The notes beneath the pieces are model-generated. The model ran no database searches, had not been told where the DNA came from, and saw nothing but the letters and a program-made list of their open reading frames with translations. A stretch of DNA of 64,000 nt from Felis catus (Eukaryota). The stretch spans positions 76,200,001 through 76,264,000 of the forward strand of contig NC_058368.1 in assembly GCF_018350175.1 (NCBI RefSeq), in the 5' to 3' direction. Shown here piece after piece: positions 50,001 through 62,449 of the stretch (its first letter is position 1; each line of letters opens with the position of its first letter). The position numbers and the translations under genes are program-made.

Positions 50001-51621
50001 TCCGCTCGCCTCAGCTCCCCACCGGCAAGACTGGAGTTGAACTGCGTTCAAAAGAGGGCTAACGACCCAGGTTTTCAAAACCGTTATGACGGGGGCGTGG
50101 GGTTCTATAAGGATGCAGCCAGCTCTCGGTGTCCCTTCCCACAGCTCCATGAATGCCACAGGGGAGCAGGACCAGAGAGTGGTAATCCACCCATGTGCTA
50201 GGTTACACATTCTCCAGCCAGCTCAGCCGCCGAAAATGATATCTCAAAATAAGTGCGCGACGTGCCCCCCGATTCCTTGAAACGGACCTTGAAAAGGACC
50301 TGTTATCCTTAGCTTCAGGAGAGATGTTCCCGACAACGTACTGGAGGCCAGAGTGCCGGGGCCAAGTCTACACCAAGACTCGGATCCAGGGACTTTCTTA
50401 GGGAAACTCTGCCTGGGAATCTATTGGCTCCAGTCTTGTCCAAATCACTTCTATCTTTGAGTGGTAAAATTACCATGAATCTGGTTTGGAGCTATTTGAA
50501 CGGGAAGATCAATCAACTCTTATTCAGTTACTTTCAGCAACTCCAGAAAAAAATAGTAGCGTTAAATATGTCTGAAAAATCTCATCCCTCTGAACAAGTG
50601 TACTCAGCCTCCCAGGTTATAGGTTATCGATTTTCCTGGGAAGACAGAGCTGGGAAGGCAGCATCCAAACCTGGGCTGATAACTTCAAAAGGAAAAAAAA
50701 AAGGGGGGGGGAAGAGTAGGCGTCAGGATGACAGATCAGGCTAGGAGCCACGTCCCTCATGCTTTCTCTTCCCGGTCTTTTTGTTTTTTCTAGTTCCAAT
50801 TCCGCAAGAGGAAAAATAGAGTGTGTGCGTGGGGGCGGGGGGGGGGGGGGGCACATAGGAACAGGTGGTGGATGCCTGGATCCTATTTGGCCCTAAGGCA
50901 CCCGGTAATGAAGCACGTGTGTCCCACCTGGGTTTTTACTCACAGGTGTACTGAGCTCTGCCTTGCTTTTGAAGTTCCACGTCAGGTCCCGGTAGTCAGA
51001 GCACACGCAGGAAGCGACGGAAGAAAGCTTACTCCTCAATGGTGTCCTCTGGACGGTCACAGCCACAGAGCTCTGTGTTTGGGCTGCGGTTCCCAGTCCT
51101 CCGAAGAAAGCGCAACCTCTCTCTGGACGTAGCCGAGTCCCAAGAAACAAACAGCCCTATTAAAATGCAGGGATTCATTTCAGTGAATGCCGTCACCCTT
51201 GAACTTGGCCAGTCTGTAAAAGCTGCCTATCGGAGGGCTCCTGCCTCTCGGTGCACCTGGCCGGGCGGATGTCACCGGTGACCTGCACGCACAGAGATGC
51301 AACGTGTGTGTTAGATGATCAGCGTTAACGCCTCTCCGAGGGGTGTTCACGCTGACAACAAAACGCTGCATATTAAGGACTCTGCGTTCTATCAAACACG
51401 TTGTGGTGTGTATGTGCTAAACCCACAGTCGGCGTGGCCAGACCAGCCTTCTCTGAGCTGTATCCGCACAGCCCGTTTGAGATCCACGCAAAACTGCAGG
51501 GGAGGCAGGCCACCAAGCACTGGACCACAGTGGCCAGGTGTCAGCTTCCTAAAGACGCTAAGGGGAAAGCTTAAGTTGAGCTGCATGGAAATTTGCCTTT
51601 TGACCACGTCCTGTGAATCTG

Positions 51622-51632
51622 TATCTATCTTA

Positions 51633-51674
<42 letters not shown>

Positions 51675-51675
51675 A
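51622..51675. repeat. (TATC)n tetranucleotide microsatellite
   Basis: About 10 consecutive atct units plus flanking degenerate units. Confidence 0.93.
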
Positions 51676-52489
51676 TCTCTCTCTATAGACAGATAGATAT
51701 AATCTTCATCATAGCGATTCTGAATATTTATGAAATTTTAACGTTTTTCTCCCAATATTTGCTAATATGCTGCTAAACTTCCCATAACACGTTTAAGCAC
51801 CAAAGAAACTCCTATGTATCACATGCTCATCGACATTAATTGCAAAATTAGTGTCAAAATATTGCACTCGATTTGTTTCCCTTCATATATCAGTTTTCAT
51901 TCTTTCAGTGCTAGCGTGTTAATACGCAAAGATTCACAAAAATCCCAGTATTACTGTATTAGAGGCATGTTTTATGCCGGTGACAATTTAGCTAAGGCGA
52001 TCCATGACCTCATATTTTTCCTATTATTTGAGCTGAACTGAACTCTTTGAAACTTGGAAACGTTCAGGAATCCCACTTGTAAAAATATCCAGGGATTTTA
52101 AGTTTGTACTAAAATGAGCAAGATCCATAATGAGCAGGAGGCCGCCTTTTCTTACCGCTATGTTTCTGGCAAAAACAAAACCAGGAAGCACCTAGACAAG
52201 CAAACCCAGGCAGGCCCTGGAGGTAATTATTCTATTCATTCCAGACACTTCTCATTCATCAGAGATGTGAGCAATCTTGATTGACAAAACACGATGCTTC
52301 CCTTGCTAAAGTGGAACATCAGAATGCAAATTTCTCGATTTATCGTTTTCTGCTGGGTGTGAGGTGACAGCAACTCATGGTGGAAGGCACTGGTGTTTTC
52401 AATGGCTTTTTCATTTTCAAACTTACTTTAAGGTAAGGACAATACTTTGATCATTTATTTTCAGTGATTAAAAGAAAACACTGGCCATT

Positions 52490-52700
52490 GTTTTTGTTTT
52501 TGTTTTATTTTTAATTTTTTAATGTTTACTTTTGAGAGAGAGAGACAGAGACAGAGTGTGAGCAGAGGAGGGGAAGAGAGAGAGGGAGACACAGAATTTG
52601 AAGCAGCTCAAGGCTCTGAGCCATCAGCACAGGGCCTGATGCAGGACTCAAACCCACAGACCGTGAGGTCATGATCGGAGCCAAAGTCGGACGCTCAACC
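52490..52700 (-). mobile_element. CanSINE lacking ~20 nt of its 5' head
   Basis: Antisense body stops at ...aagtcggacgctcaacc. Confidence 0.92.
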
Positions 52701-52731
52701 AAGTTATTTTCAATGATTTATGTAATGAAGT

Positions 52732-52735
<4 letters not shown>

Positions 52736-52779
<44 letters not shown>
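52736..52779. repeat. (GT)n microsatellite
   Basis: About 22 GT units. Confidence 0.95.
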
Positions 52780-52780
<1 letters not shown>

Positions 52781-53294
52781 AGGAGGAGGTGACTGTGTAA
52801 CCAAGTAAACATAGGTCAGAGGCTATTTAGGAAAAATAAAAGAAGTGATATGATGGAGTCTGGGAGTGCATGGGCTGTGACACTTACGAAATGTCTCTAG
52901 AATAAGGCAGTGCTGATGTTTGGGCTCAATGGTAAGCAGGAGGAAACCATACAGTCAGTAAGAAGGCCAGGTGTATTTGATGGAAATATGGCCTCAGGGT
53001 CTGGCCAGAGGCTGAGTAAGGCAGGAGGCCAGCTTCTGAAAGTCCCCATCAACCGATCGGTCTTTGCTGAGTGACTGGAGAGAGCCATGATGAAATAAAC
53101 AGGGGCCATCATCTCAAGTGGAGCAGCCAGAGAGGGCATCTTTTAGGAAGTAACACATAAGCCAAGACCAGAAAGACTGGGTTCGAGTTTGGAACATGAG
53201 AGCTGAAAAGAATATTCTCAATGGTGGGAACCAGATGTGTGGAAGCTCCGGGATGGAAAAGGATCTCGTGTGTTTGGAAAACAGAAAGGGGGTG

Positions 53295-53693
53295 GATTCG
53301 TTCCTCAGGGCTGATGGAAGAAGGTGTTACTTACTAACGTGGCTTAAATAACAGAAATGTATTCCCTCACTCCTCCGGACACTAGAAGTCTGAACCTAAG
53401 ATCTCAGCAGGGTCACAGCCCCTGAGATTCTCGCATCCTTGTCAGGCAGCTGTGTCTCATTTCCTCACCCCATGATGCTCTCCCTGGGTCTGTGTGTTCC
53501 CATGGCTGTCTTCCCCTCTGATAAGGACACCAGTTATACGGGTTTAGGGCCCATCTTAATGACCTCATCTTCACTTGATTGCATCCACAACATCACTGTG
53601 TTTAAACGAGGCCACATTCACAGGTTCCAGAAGTTAGGACAGATTTCGGGGGGTGGAGGGGAGTGGCACACGAGCACAATTCAACCCACAACA
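53295..53693 (-). mobile_element. MLT1 (ERVL-MaLR) LTR
   Basis: gtggcttaaataacagaaatgtattccctcac...ctagaagtctgaa...ataaggacaccagtta...atgacctcatctt...cacaattcaacccacaaca. Confidence 0.8.
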
Positions 53694-54249
53694 TGGGGCC
53701 ACCATGGCAGAAGTTGGTGAGCAAGTTGGAGAACGAATGGTGCGAGTTCACTCGGGGGAGATAGATGTTGGCTCCAGCCGTTCAGCCTGTGGTAAGCAGC
53801 CGGGACCCCATTCTACGTGAATAAGGTATCCTCATATAATGGCGACACAGGGCACAGCTTCCATTCTTAATGTTCTCTGGACATGGTGAAGGACTACTTT
53901 GGTGGGCTGCAAGAGCGATGGTGGAGAAAGACTACCACCGGGGTTTAGAGGAAGGAGCTACAGAGTGGTGGCCGAGGGGAAGCAGGAGGACCTGACCTAT
54001 GTCATAGAGAAAGAAACAGGATTTGGCAATGGCTTAGGTCTTTGATGTGCAGAGGAGGGACAGAGGACTGGAGAAGCTGCCTCCTCAGTTTCTGGCTTGA
54101 GCAACGGGGTGGCTGGTGATGCCATATATTCAAAAAAGGAAGACAGACGGGGTGGGAGCCTGTCCGGGAGACTGTCAGGAGCTAGTCTGGACATGATAAA
54201 TCGGAGATACTTGTGAGACATTCGAGAATACGTTTCAAGAAAGCAGTGA

Positions 54250-54489
54250 GGGGCGCCTGGGTGGCTCTGTCAGCTGAGCATCTGACTGCGGCTCAGGTCA
54301 TGATCTCACGGTTCATGGGTTCTAGTCGCCCATCCCCCATCAGACTTGCTGCTGTCAGCACAGAGCCTGCTTCAGATCCCATGTCCCCCTCTCTTTCTCT
54401 TCCCCTCTCCCACGTTCTCTCTGTCTCTGTCTCTGTCTCTGTCTCTCTCTCAGAAATCAATGAACCTTTAAAAAAAAAAAAGAAAAGAA
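54250..54489 (+). mobile_element. CanSINE
   Basis: ggggcgcctgggtggctc head, (TCTCTG)n and A tail; TSD aagaaagcag. Confidence 0.94.
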
Positions 54490-56654
54490 AAGAAAGCAGC
54501 TAGCCAGGTGAGTCTGGAATCAGAAGACAGATTTGAAGGGAAGATAAGAATCTGAAAGATCATGGAATGTGTGAGAAATATCTATAGATGCTGTTTTTAT
54601 TGTTCATACTTTAATGCACTAGCATTTCTAGACCAGATTATAGTTGTGTGCACTTACATTAGCTAAATCTAACCTAATGAAAAAAACTGAAGTCCAATTC
54701 ACCAATTATGGCTTTGGAAGACAACCCAGTGACACAAAAAAGGCGATAGGGTAATGTTTCTGGTACTTGCAAAAAAAATTAAATGGCGCCTGGTCTACAG
54801 CACTGCTCAATCTTTGATTCTGCTGTTATTGGGCAGTGTTTATACGTGTATGTTAATTGGGATGCATTTCAAATTGCATAGGAAGCAAAGAGGGTGTTAC
54901 AGTAATAAATATTCCTGGGCACGTGAACGTATGATGCCCCGATCCTATCAGACCTGGTTTTTGTGAATTTTTTCAACTCTTTGCAAAATCACTTCATTAT
55001 TAAGGCAGGACTCGAAGCCAAAGCTTCTCGATGGTTCAGGTTAAGACTTGTACCAACTTGTAAAATGCTTTTGCTTTGCACATAAATCCTCCAGAGGCCA
55101 GACTAAAGAGACCCGATCGCCGAAAGTCATCTACGGAGGGAAGAGGCTATACCTGTTAAGCATATGACTTTCCAATGCTGTCAATGTGAGCTTGAAGTTG
55201 TTCACCTCCCTCTGTTCCCTACCATCCCCTGCCATCCATGGGAAGGACAGTTAGGCCTGAAGGAACAAAGTCTTGATTCAGGCAAATTGTGTTTTAATTT
55301 ATATTTCGAAACATAGCTATCCTAACCTAACAGCATGACAAGACAGGCAAAATAGCTTGAGCCAGCAACATCCTTGAACAGAATAGTATAAATTTATATT
55401 CACTTATTTGGTGGTGCCGTGACAATTAATGGTCGGCAAACCTTTCAGGGAAAAATATATCTTGTATATGGATGTATATAATATACCTCTATAACATAGT
55501 ATAGGCATATATATGTTATATGGATGTGTATTTTTAAATTTAAGCAATGGTAAGTTTCTTTTTGCAGTAAAATGATTACCTCGGCCTAAAGTTGATCCCT
55601 AGCCTACATCATACGTTTTCAGAATGGAAAAAGTTTTCCATTTTTGTTAATCTAGAGAGACGGCAAAATGCTTTCAAATGTTACGTATTTAAAAAATAGA
55701 GAATCATCTCGGAGACTTTTGAGGGAGAGGGGATAGTGATGAATTGCTTTGTAAAATATGGGGGTTAAGAGCCAGGCTAATGTGGTTCCTGTGGTCACAG
55801 ACTTTTGCCTGGATCAAAACCACACGTGTCAAGAACAAGTACAGTTCCAAGCATCACATCATTACAATAAATATAATTAACTACTGTAAAGAGGCCAAGC
55901 TCAGGAATCCGGGAGAGTCTAAAGATATTGAAGTATATTTTAAATTATTTTCAAGAACAGAAATTATATGGTCCTTGAAAGTAGTGCTCACACTCAATCT
56001 GATTTCATCCATTAGAAAATTCATCCTGAATACCCAGTGTCTCAAGTGAGCCCATGTGGCGTCCAATCTGGAGGCATTTGTTTGTTTGTTTTGGGCCTGA
56101 CTTTAGCACTGGGTTCTATTTCATCATTAGAATCGGCTATTGTAACCGGTTGGCATGCGACTGGCCCTGATTGGCTTTGCCTGGTCTAGTTTAATAAAGG
56201 CGCTTGATTCCAGTGTTGGCAATGCTGACGGAATTGGAGAGAAGAGGGAGGGGAAAAAGCCTGATAAAATCAAACTGTGCCCAAAAGGTGAAGGACAACC
56301 GTTAATTTAAACCATCCTTGGCGATTTTCTCATCGCTTCGCGTCGTATGTTATTGTAACCAAAGACCGAACAGACACAACACCAAGAAACTGACAGGCAG
56401 AAAATGTGCCTGCAGCGGTTTTGACTCCAAATACAACAGTCTCGATTCTAAATGATGCTTTGCAAATGCAACTTCTTCAGACCCAGATCCTAGCTCAGAA
56501 ATCAAGTGCTCTCAACCCAATACTATAAAACTAAAGCTTCTAAAAATACTGCAAAGACTTATCACCTTCTAATTACTCCTCAGACGCCTAAAATCTACTT
56601 GAATGAGAAGGCCAAGCATCCCATGTTGGCTGATGAATTCAGTCATCTCCTTTT

Positions 56655-56882
56655 TTTTTTTTTCTTTTTTTAATGATGTTCATTTATTTATTTTTGAGAC
56701 AGAGAGAGAAAGAGAGAGAGAGGCAGGCAGGCAGAGAGGAAGGGGAGACAGAGAATCCCACGCAGGCTTCACACTGTCAGCACAGAGCCACGCACCGGGC
56801 TCGACCCACGAACCGTGAGATCGTGACCTGAGCCGAAATCAAGAATGGGGACGCTTAATGGACTGAGCCCCCCAGGCGCCCC
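56655..56882 (-). mobile_element. CanSINE
   Basis: Antisense body; TSD cagtcatctcctttt / caggcatctcctttt. Confidence 0.94.
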
Positions 56883-57129
56883 CAGGCATCTCCTTTTAAA
56901 ACAAAGTGTATCAATTCATTATCGCCCAGAACTTCTCTCCCCAGGATCCCATTTTGCCTGAATGTTACAGACCATTTCATTTAAAAATAACATTTGGATG
57001 TCTTTAATTCCTAACAACCACCTACAAGCCTCAGGTTCCTTTGCTGATAAGAAGCTGATTTTGTGGCTGTTCTCCTACGACGCACAGACCTCCCAAACTC
57101 AGCCCATCCTGTAGGGCGTGAGCTTTGAC

Positions 57130-57280
57130 CACACTTCACCGTGCGTGGGATTCCTGTGGGGATCTTATCAGATGCTGGTCGCAACTCAAGAGGTCTGCTC
57201 GGGGCGGAGAGCCCGCATGCCTAGCAAGCTCTGTGAAGCCAATGCCAGCTGATTCCAGGATCAGTCTTTGAGCAGCAAGA
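57130..57280. mobile_element. MER5-type hAT-Charlie MITE
   Basis: cctgtggggatctt...gaggtctg..ggggc..gagagcccgcatgcctagcaagctc...ctttgagcagcaag. Confidence 0.55.
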
Positions 57281-59844
57281 TCCTGGAAAACCCACGGTCT
57301 CTTCCCCCGGACTGCCTTCTGCACCCCGCACTCCACGGTTCAGACAGCAGCACGCTTACCTGCCCGACAGCACCATTCCACATTTGTCACACTCGGCTAC
57401 CGTGCGCGTCGCCCTTCCCTACCTGCGCATGCAGACGGATCCTACCGGTTGCTCATTCCTGTGAATTCAACCTCAGAAACATCTGGATTTGTGCCCTCCA
57501 CTCATGAACGTTGCCACTCTCTTATGTATGACATCCCAGTACCCAGACTTTCCTAATTATCTCCTACTCGACCCGTCATTTTTCTCACCGCTTTCTTCCC
57601 CTTCCATGTTCTTGTTGCGGATTCGGCCCCCGGTTGGTTACCTCTCAGTCAATGAGAGCAGGAAGAGGGCGTGTGATGAGGCCTTACATGGCAACGTTTT
57701 ATTACAAGTCAGGGACAGGGGGAAGCCAGTGGTGTAGGATTAGGGACATGGGCCAAGGCGGAAACGCAAAAATTGTCAACATCGTCAGTAAGTGGCATTA
57801 ATGATGCATGCCCTGGGTTGTCATTTGTCCCGAACAAGCAAACAAATGAACAGACCCAGCCGTCTCGAGGCAGACAGCTCCTGACGCTCGCCTTGACGCC
57901 ACAGATCTCCGAAATCACGCAGTTAATAAAACACAGACCAAACCCATGTCGGGCACCTTCTCAAAAACCTATCGTAGTGACAGGCACAGTTTCTGCAGGT
58001 GGCAATGCAGAATTGAGAACCAACGGCTTACAAGCTGGAAGGACATTTGGAATCTGAGCTACCCATTTCTTTCCCCAAATCATTCCTCACCCGTGTTTGG
58101 GTTTGTTTTCAAGTCCCTGCCTCAGACCTCCTCTCCGGAAGCCCAGGAAAACGCTAACGTCTGCACCTATTATCCTGGCCTGTTTAATCGCTTGACCAGC
58201 TAACTACTATATTTTGATTGTAAGAGTGGTCTCAAGAGATTTGTCAGATTGAAAGCAGGTAATTTTCTTTAAAGGAAGCAAGCGGCATAAACAGAACACT
58301 GACAGGGCAGAAACCCGTGCTGTCAGAATCCACATGCTCATATTTTTAGAACAGGATGCAGCGAAACAGAAGGAAAGGGATCTAGATAAATAAATGAGAC
58401 ACGGTTTGTGACAAGCAGAAGCTTTTTTTACCTATTGAACAAACACGGAGACTCCAACCGTCTCTGGCAGGAACTTCACAGGACAAAGCCAAGACGCAGA
58501 TCATGCTATTTACGGAGCGATCCAGTCCCTTTCCTGAACGTCTTCCTTTATCAAAGGCAGACCATGAACAATAGAATATTAACCAATTTACACGCAACGG
58601 CCTGCCCGTGTGGAGAACCTGGTGCTGACGTGGATGGCAACCACGTCTCTACGGATCCCTCTCTGACAGAGGGAAGCAGGAGTTGAGGCCACAAAGACTT
58701 TCCCCACCCCCCTAATCTCCACCGATCCGTGATGGAAATAAACAAGATGATGATGCTCCGATCCTATTTAATTGACCTGACCGTAATAAATTGCAGCGGG
58801 ATATTTTCCCTTTATGGTGTCCCCAAGCCACTCACGCTTCGGACATTAGGAAGTTGTCGTATTGAAAAAGCCTTATCTCTGAGTCACAACGGCAGACAGC
58901 TGGAGCTGCGTGAGGCCTCTCTCCTTCTTCCCATCCTTTCCCAAAAAGCCAGGTTTGGGCTTGGCTGTCGGCCCATAAAAACCTTCCAAGCAGCTATCCA
59001 AGAACAAAATGGGATTTCAAAGTCTACATGATAGAACAGATAAAAGCTGCCATTATTTATGCTTTAAATGTGTAAGTAACAACTGCATACGTTTTGCGAT
59101 ACGGTTTTAAACGAACAATAAAACGACCCCCCCAAAATCCCACTGTTGGCAACGAAGAAGGTGTCTGCGAATAAACAGGTAAACTAGATCATTGATATCC
59201 GTTTTTTTTTTCCTAGCACAAATCACGACCCACATCTCGTTAGTGCTTTTAACTTTGCCTTGCCTTTAAAAGTATGAACATAAATACGTCTACATAGAAA
59301 AGCATGTCCTAGGGTTGTGTCTACCCGAGGCGATGACACTGAGTGGGGACCACGCGATTCGGTTCAGTTTAGCCAGAAGCTCACTGCCTGTTTGCACAGA
59401 TGCCAAACAGCACGAATTGGGACTTGCACGGAGACATTCATCACCAACAGGAACATGCCTGAGCACAGCTTTATCTAATCCGGCACAGTCAGCAGCTCCC
59501 AGGAAACAGCAGTAATAACACAGGCACGCTGCCCCCCATGCGATTGTACCAGCGAGGGGTCCCCTCTGAGCAAGCGCTTCAGGTGTTCCCCCGGGGGAGG
59601 GCACGGGGCTGGACCAGTCTCCAAACCATGCCGACAGTGGCTGGTTACGGGACACAATAGTATCAACATTCACGGGGCTGTGGTTCAGGCACATTCCAAC
59701 ACAGGTAGTGTTACCTGGTTAGCAGAATTATCTCCAAATAATGATGGACTGCGGTGTCATTTTTGCTGCTAAATTCCGGCTGTTGAGTGAAGCGTTTTGA
59801 TTAATTTATAGGCGTGTTCTCTCGGGGGATCACAAAAACTGTAG

Positions 59845-60165
59845 AATTACGGGGCCCCACGTCGTAGCCACTGGCCACGAGTAGCTATCGGCATTACAAA
59901 CGGGACCAGTCCGAATTGAGATGTGCCCCGCATGTAAAATATGTGTGGGATTTTGAGGAGCTAGTATGAGAAATGAACTTAGAATATATAATTAATAGTT
60001 TTATATTAATTGTGTATTAAAATGCTATTTTGGACGTATTAGGTTATGCAAAATATACATTAACTTCACCACGTTATACATTTTAAATGTGCTGCTAGAA
60101 AAAATTAAGTTACCTGTGCAGCTTGTATTTGTGGCTCATATTATGATTCTATTGCACAGTTCTAC
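59845..60165. mobile_element. MER33 hAT-Charlie DNA transposon
   Basis: gtagccactggccac...agtccgaattgagatgtgc...tgtaaaata...ctagaaaaaattaagttac...gtggctcatatta. Confidence 0.8.
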
Positions 60166-61237
60166 TACAGAATGACCAATTCTCATGTCTAAAAATGTCA
60201 GTTTTATTCATTTTCACGGCCACGTTGGATACGATTTAACTTTTCAGCTGCATCATAAATTATGTCAGCATTTCGCCCAATCTCAAGATAAATTTTTAGG
60301 CTGCTGAATTATGGATTAATCAGTTTCATTGTAGATCAGAGAGGCTATATAACTTTTGCACGTAATTAACATTCTTAGAGGAAAATGTATGACACGCCGC
60401 AGACATACACTAATTAAACAAATCCGTGCGTTCACTAACATGAAAAAAAAAGAAAACACGCACGTTGTGGTCACTTTTGCAGGAGGCGGTGTGCTGTGTT
60501 CTGGAGGGGGTTAAAAGGCATAAGATAAATATCCTGCCTTCAAAGAAGGCTCCGTGCAGGGCAAGGGCTGACCTTGCACACAGGTAAAATGACAACGACA
60601 AATGAAAGCAGAGAGACGAGAACACAGTGTGTGTGCGAACGCAGTGGACGGAGCACCTCGCTGCTCTGTGGATGCCCCCCGGGTGCCTGGGGTTGGCCCA
60701 TATGTCCCCTCAGCCTTCCCATTGTACAGAGGAGAAGGTGGGGGATGGAGGGGTGAAATTATTTATGTACAGACGCCGGGGAGCCACGACACAAACCCCA
60801 CTGAGCTGACCCTGAATCGCATCACGGGGCCTCTCCACCACGGAAAGGCTGACGACAGGAGACACGCAGAGAGGGACCCTTTCCACAGAGGAAATACCAT
60901 CTCCAAGAAACTCAGCTGAAAAGCTTCCGGGTGTCCAGGGGAGGGGACTAATTCTGTCTGCTAATCATCGAGTCTCCTGAAATAAAGCGGAGGGTCCAAA
61001 AATCTGTTCCATTCTTCGCAAGGCCACAATTTTCAAATTTTTAAGAGTCTCGGTCGTGCTGAGGGCCTACGTGCCCTCACATTTAGGTCCACCAGCACCC
61101 CCAAGAAGCAGCTTTGCTACCCCAGCACTCATGCGTATGAGCGGGGCCACCTGCCGGGGGTGAAGTCCTGGAGGCCAAAATATTCTCTCAAGTGCTGACA
61201 CATCAAAGGGCCTCAACCTGGACCCCCCCCCCAAAAC

Positions 61238-61475
61238 AAGATCGACAAAGTTTTGCCACAAAGGGTCAGAAAGTAAATATTCTCCGCCTTGGGAATATTG
61301 TCTGTGCCACATGGACCCAGCTCCCCTGTTGTAGCATGAAAGTGGACATAGAGACACAGAAACGAAGGGGCATGGATGTGTGTTTCAACACATTTTATAA
61401 ATGAACATTGAAATCCCAGTTTTGTATAATTTGCATGTGTCGTAAAATATTATTCTTCTTTTGAGTTGTTTCCAT
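61238..61475. mobile_element. MER58B hAT-Charlie fragment
   Basis: aaagggtcagaaagtaaatatt...cagctcccctgttgtagcatgaaag...aaaatattattcttcttttga; appears to resume briefly at ~61880. Confidence 0.7.
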
Positions 61476-61489
61476 GGATTTTTATGTGT

Positions 61490-61879
61490 TTGCTTTGGGG
61501 GTTTGTTTGTTTGTTTGTGTTTGTGTGTGTGAGCCGGGGAGAGGGAGAGAGAATCTCAAGCAGGCTCCACACTCAGCGCAGAGCCCGAAGTGGGGCTTGA
61601 TCCCACAACCCTGGGGTCACAACCTGAGCCAAGAGCAAGAGCCGGATGTTCAGGGCGCCTGGGTGGCTCAGTCGGCTGAGCGACCGACTTCGGCTCAGGT
61701 CACGATCTCGCGGTTTGTGAGTTGGAGCCCCGCGTCAGGCTCTGTGCTGACAGCTCGGAGCCTGGAGCCTGCTTCGGATTCTGTGTCTCCCTCTCTCTCT
61801 GCCCCTCCCCTGCTCATGCTGTCTCTCAAAAATAAACATAATTTAAAAAAAAAGAGTCGGATGTTCAACCGACACCCCC
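61490..61879 (-). mobile_element. Older CanSINE (host), split by a younger SINE
   Basis: gagaatctcaagcaggctccacactcag...aagagccggatgttca [insertion] accgacacccc. Confidence 0.85.
61653..61851 (+). mobile_element. CanSINE (SINEC_Fc-type) nested in an older SINE
   Basis: TSD aagagccggatgttca (61637-61652) / aagagtcggatgttca (61852-61867). Confidence 0.95.
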
Positions 61880-62236
61880 TTCCCAATGATTTAAAGAACC
61901 TTTTCATCATGCCATCCCTGAACGTGCCTCCTCCGTGACAGTTATCTTCTGCAGGGAAACCTCACACCCTTCTCCTTGTGTCTTGGGTGAGGTCACTTTC
62001 GAGAATCTCCATCCTCCTGTCCCCTGAAATGTGGAAGCATTCAAGGATAATCTACGAACGCATACGAACGCACATTTAAGATGGCTCATACCATCTTAAA
62101 TGTGGCAGCAAGAATTGATGCAAATCCTCCCGCTGTGGTCTTCCAGGGCTGGCCACGGTGGAATACGATATCTCGTTCACAGTCCAAAACTGCGTTCGTA
62201 CTCTTTGCTGAACCATGTGTAGAAATGCCCAGCGTT

Positions 62237-62449
62237 GGGGTACCTGGGTGGCTCAGTCGGTTGAGCGTCCGACGTCAGCTCAGGTCCTGATCTCGCGGTT
62301 TGTGAGTTCGAGCCCCGAGTCCGGCTCTGTGCCGACAGCTCGGAGCCCGGAGCCTGCTTCGGATTCTGTGTCTCCCTCTCTCTCTGCCCCTTCCTGCTCC
62401 CATTTTGCCCGCCTGTCTCTCTCTCAAAAAAATAAAAATAAAAAAATAA
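62237..62449 (+). mobile_element. CanSINE (SINEC_Fc-type)
   Basis: Head, body and A tail; degenerate TSD agaaatgcccagcg / agaaaggctcaacg. Confidence 0.95.

Larger units (their letters stand above)
53130..54560 (+). mobile_element. L2 LINE relic, interrupted by an MLT1 LTR and a SINE
   Basis: Purine-rich L2-like text (aggaagtaacacataagccaagacc...; tcagtttctggcttgagcaac...; ctggacatgataaat...gtgagacatt). Approximate. Confidence 0.55.

Noticed and set aside
48274..51776. ORFs of 145, 119, 170 and 153 aa
   Set aside because: Long ORFs are expected in GC-richer DNA, several use non-ATG starts, there is no domain similarity, and one runs through a (TATC)n repeat.
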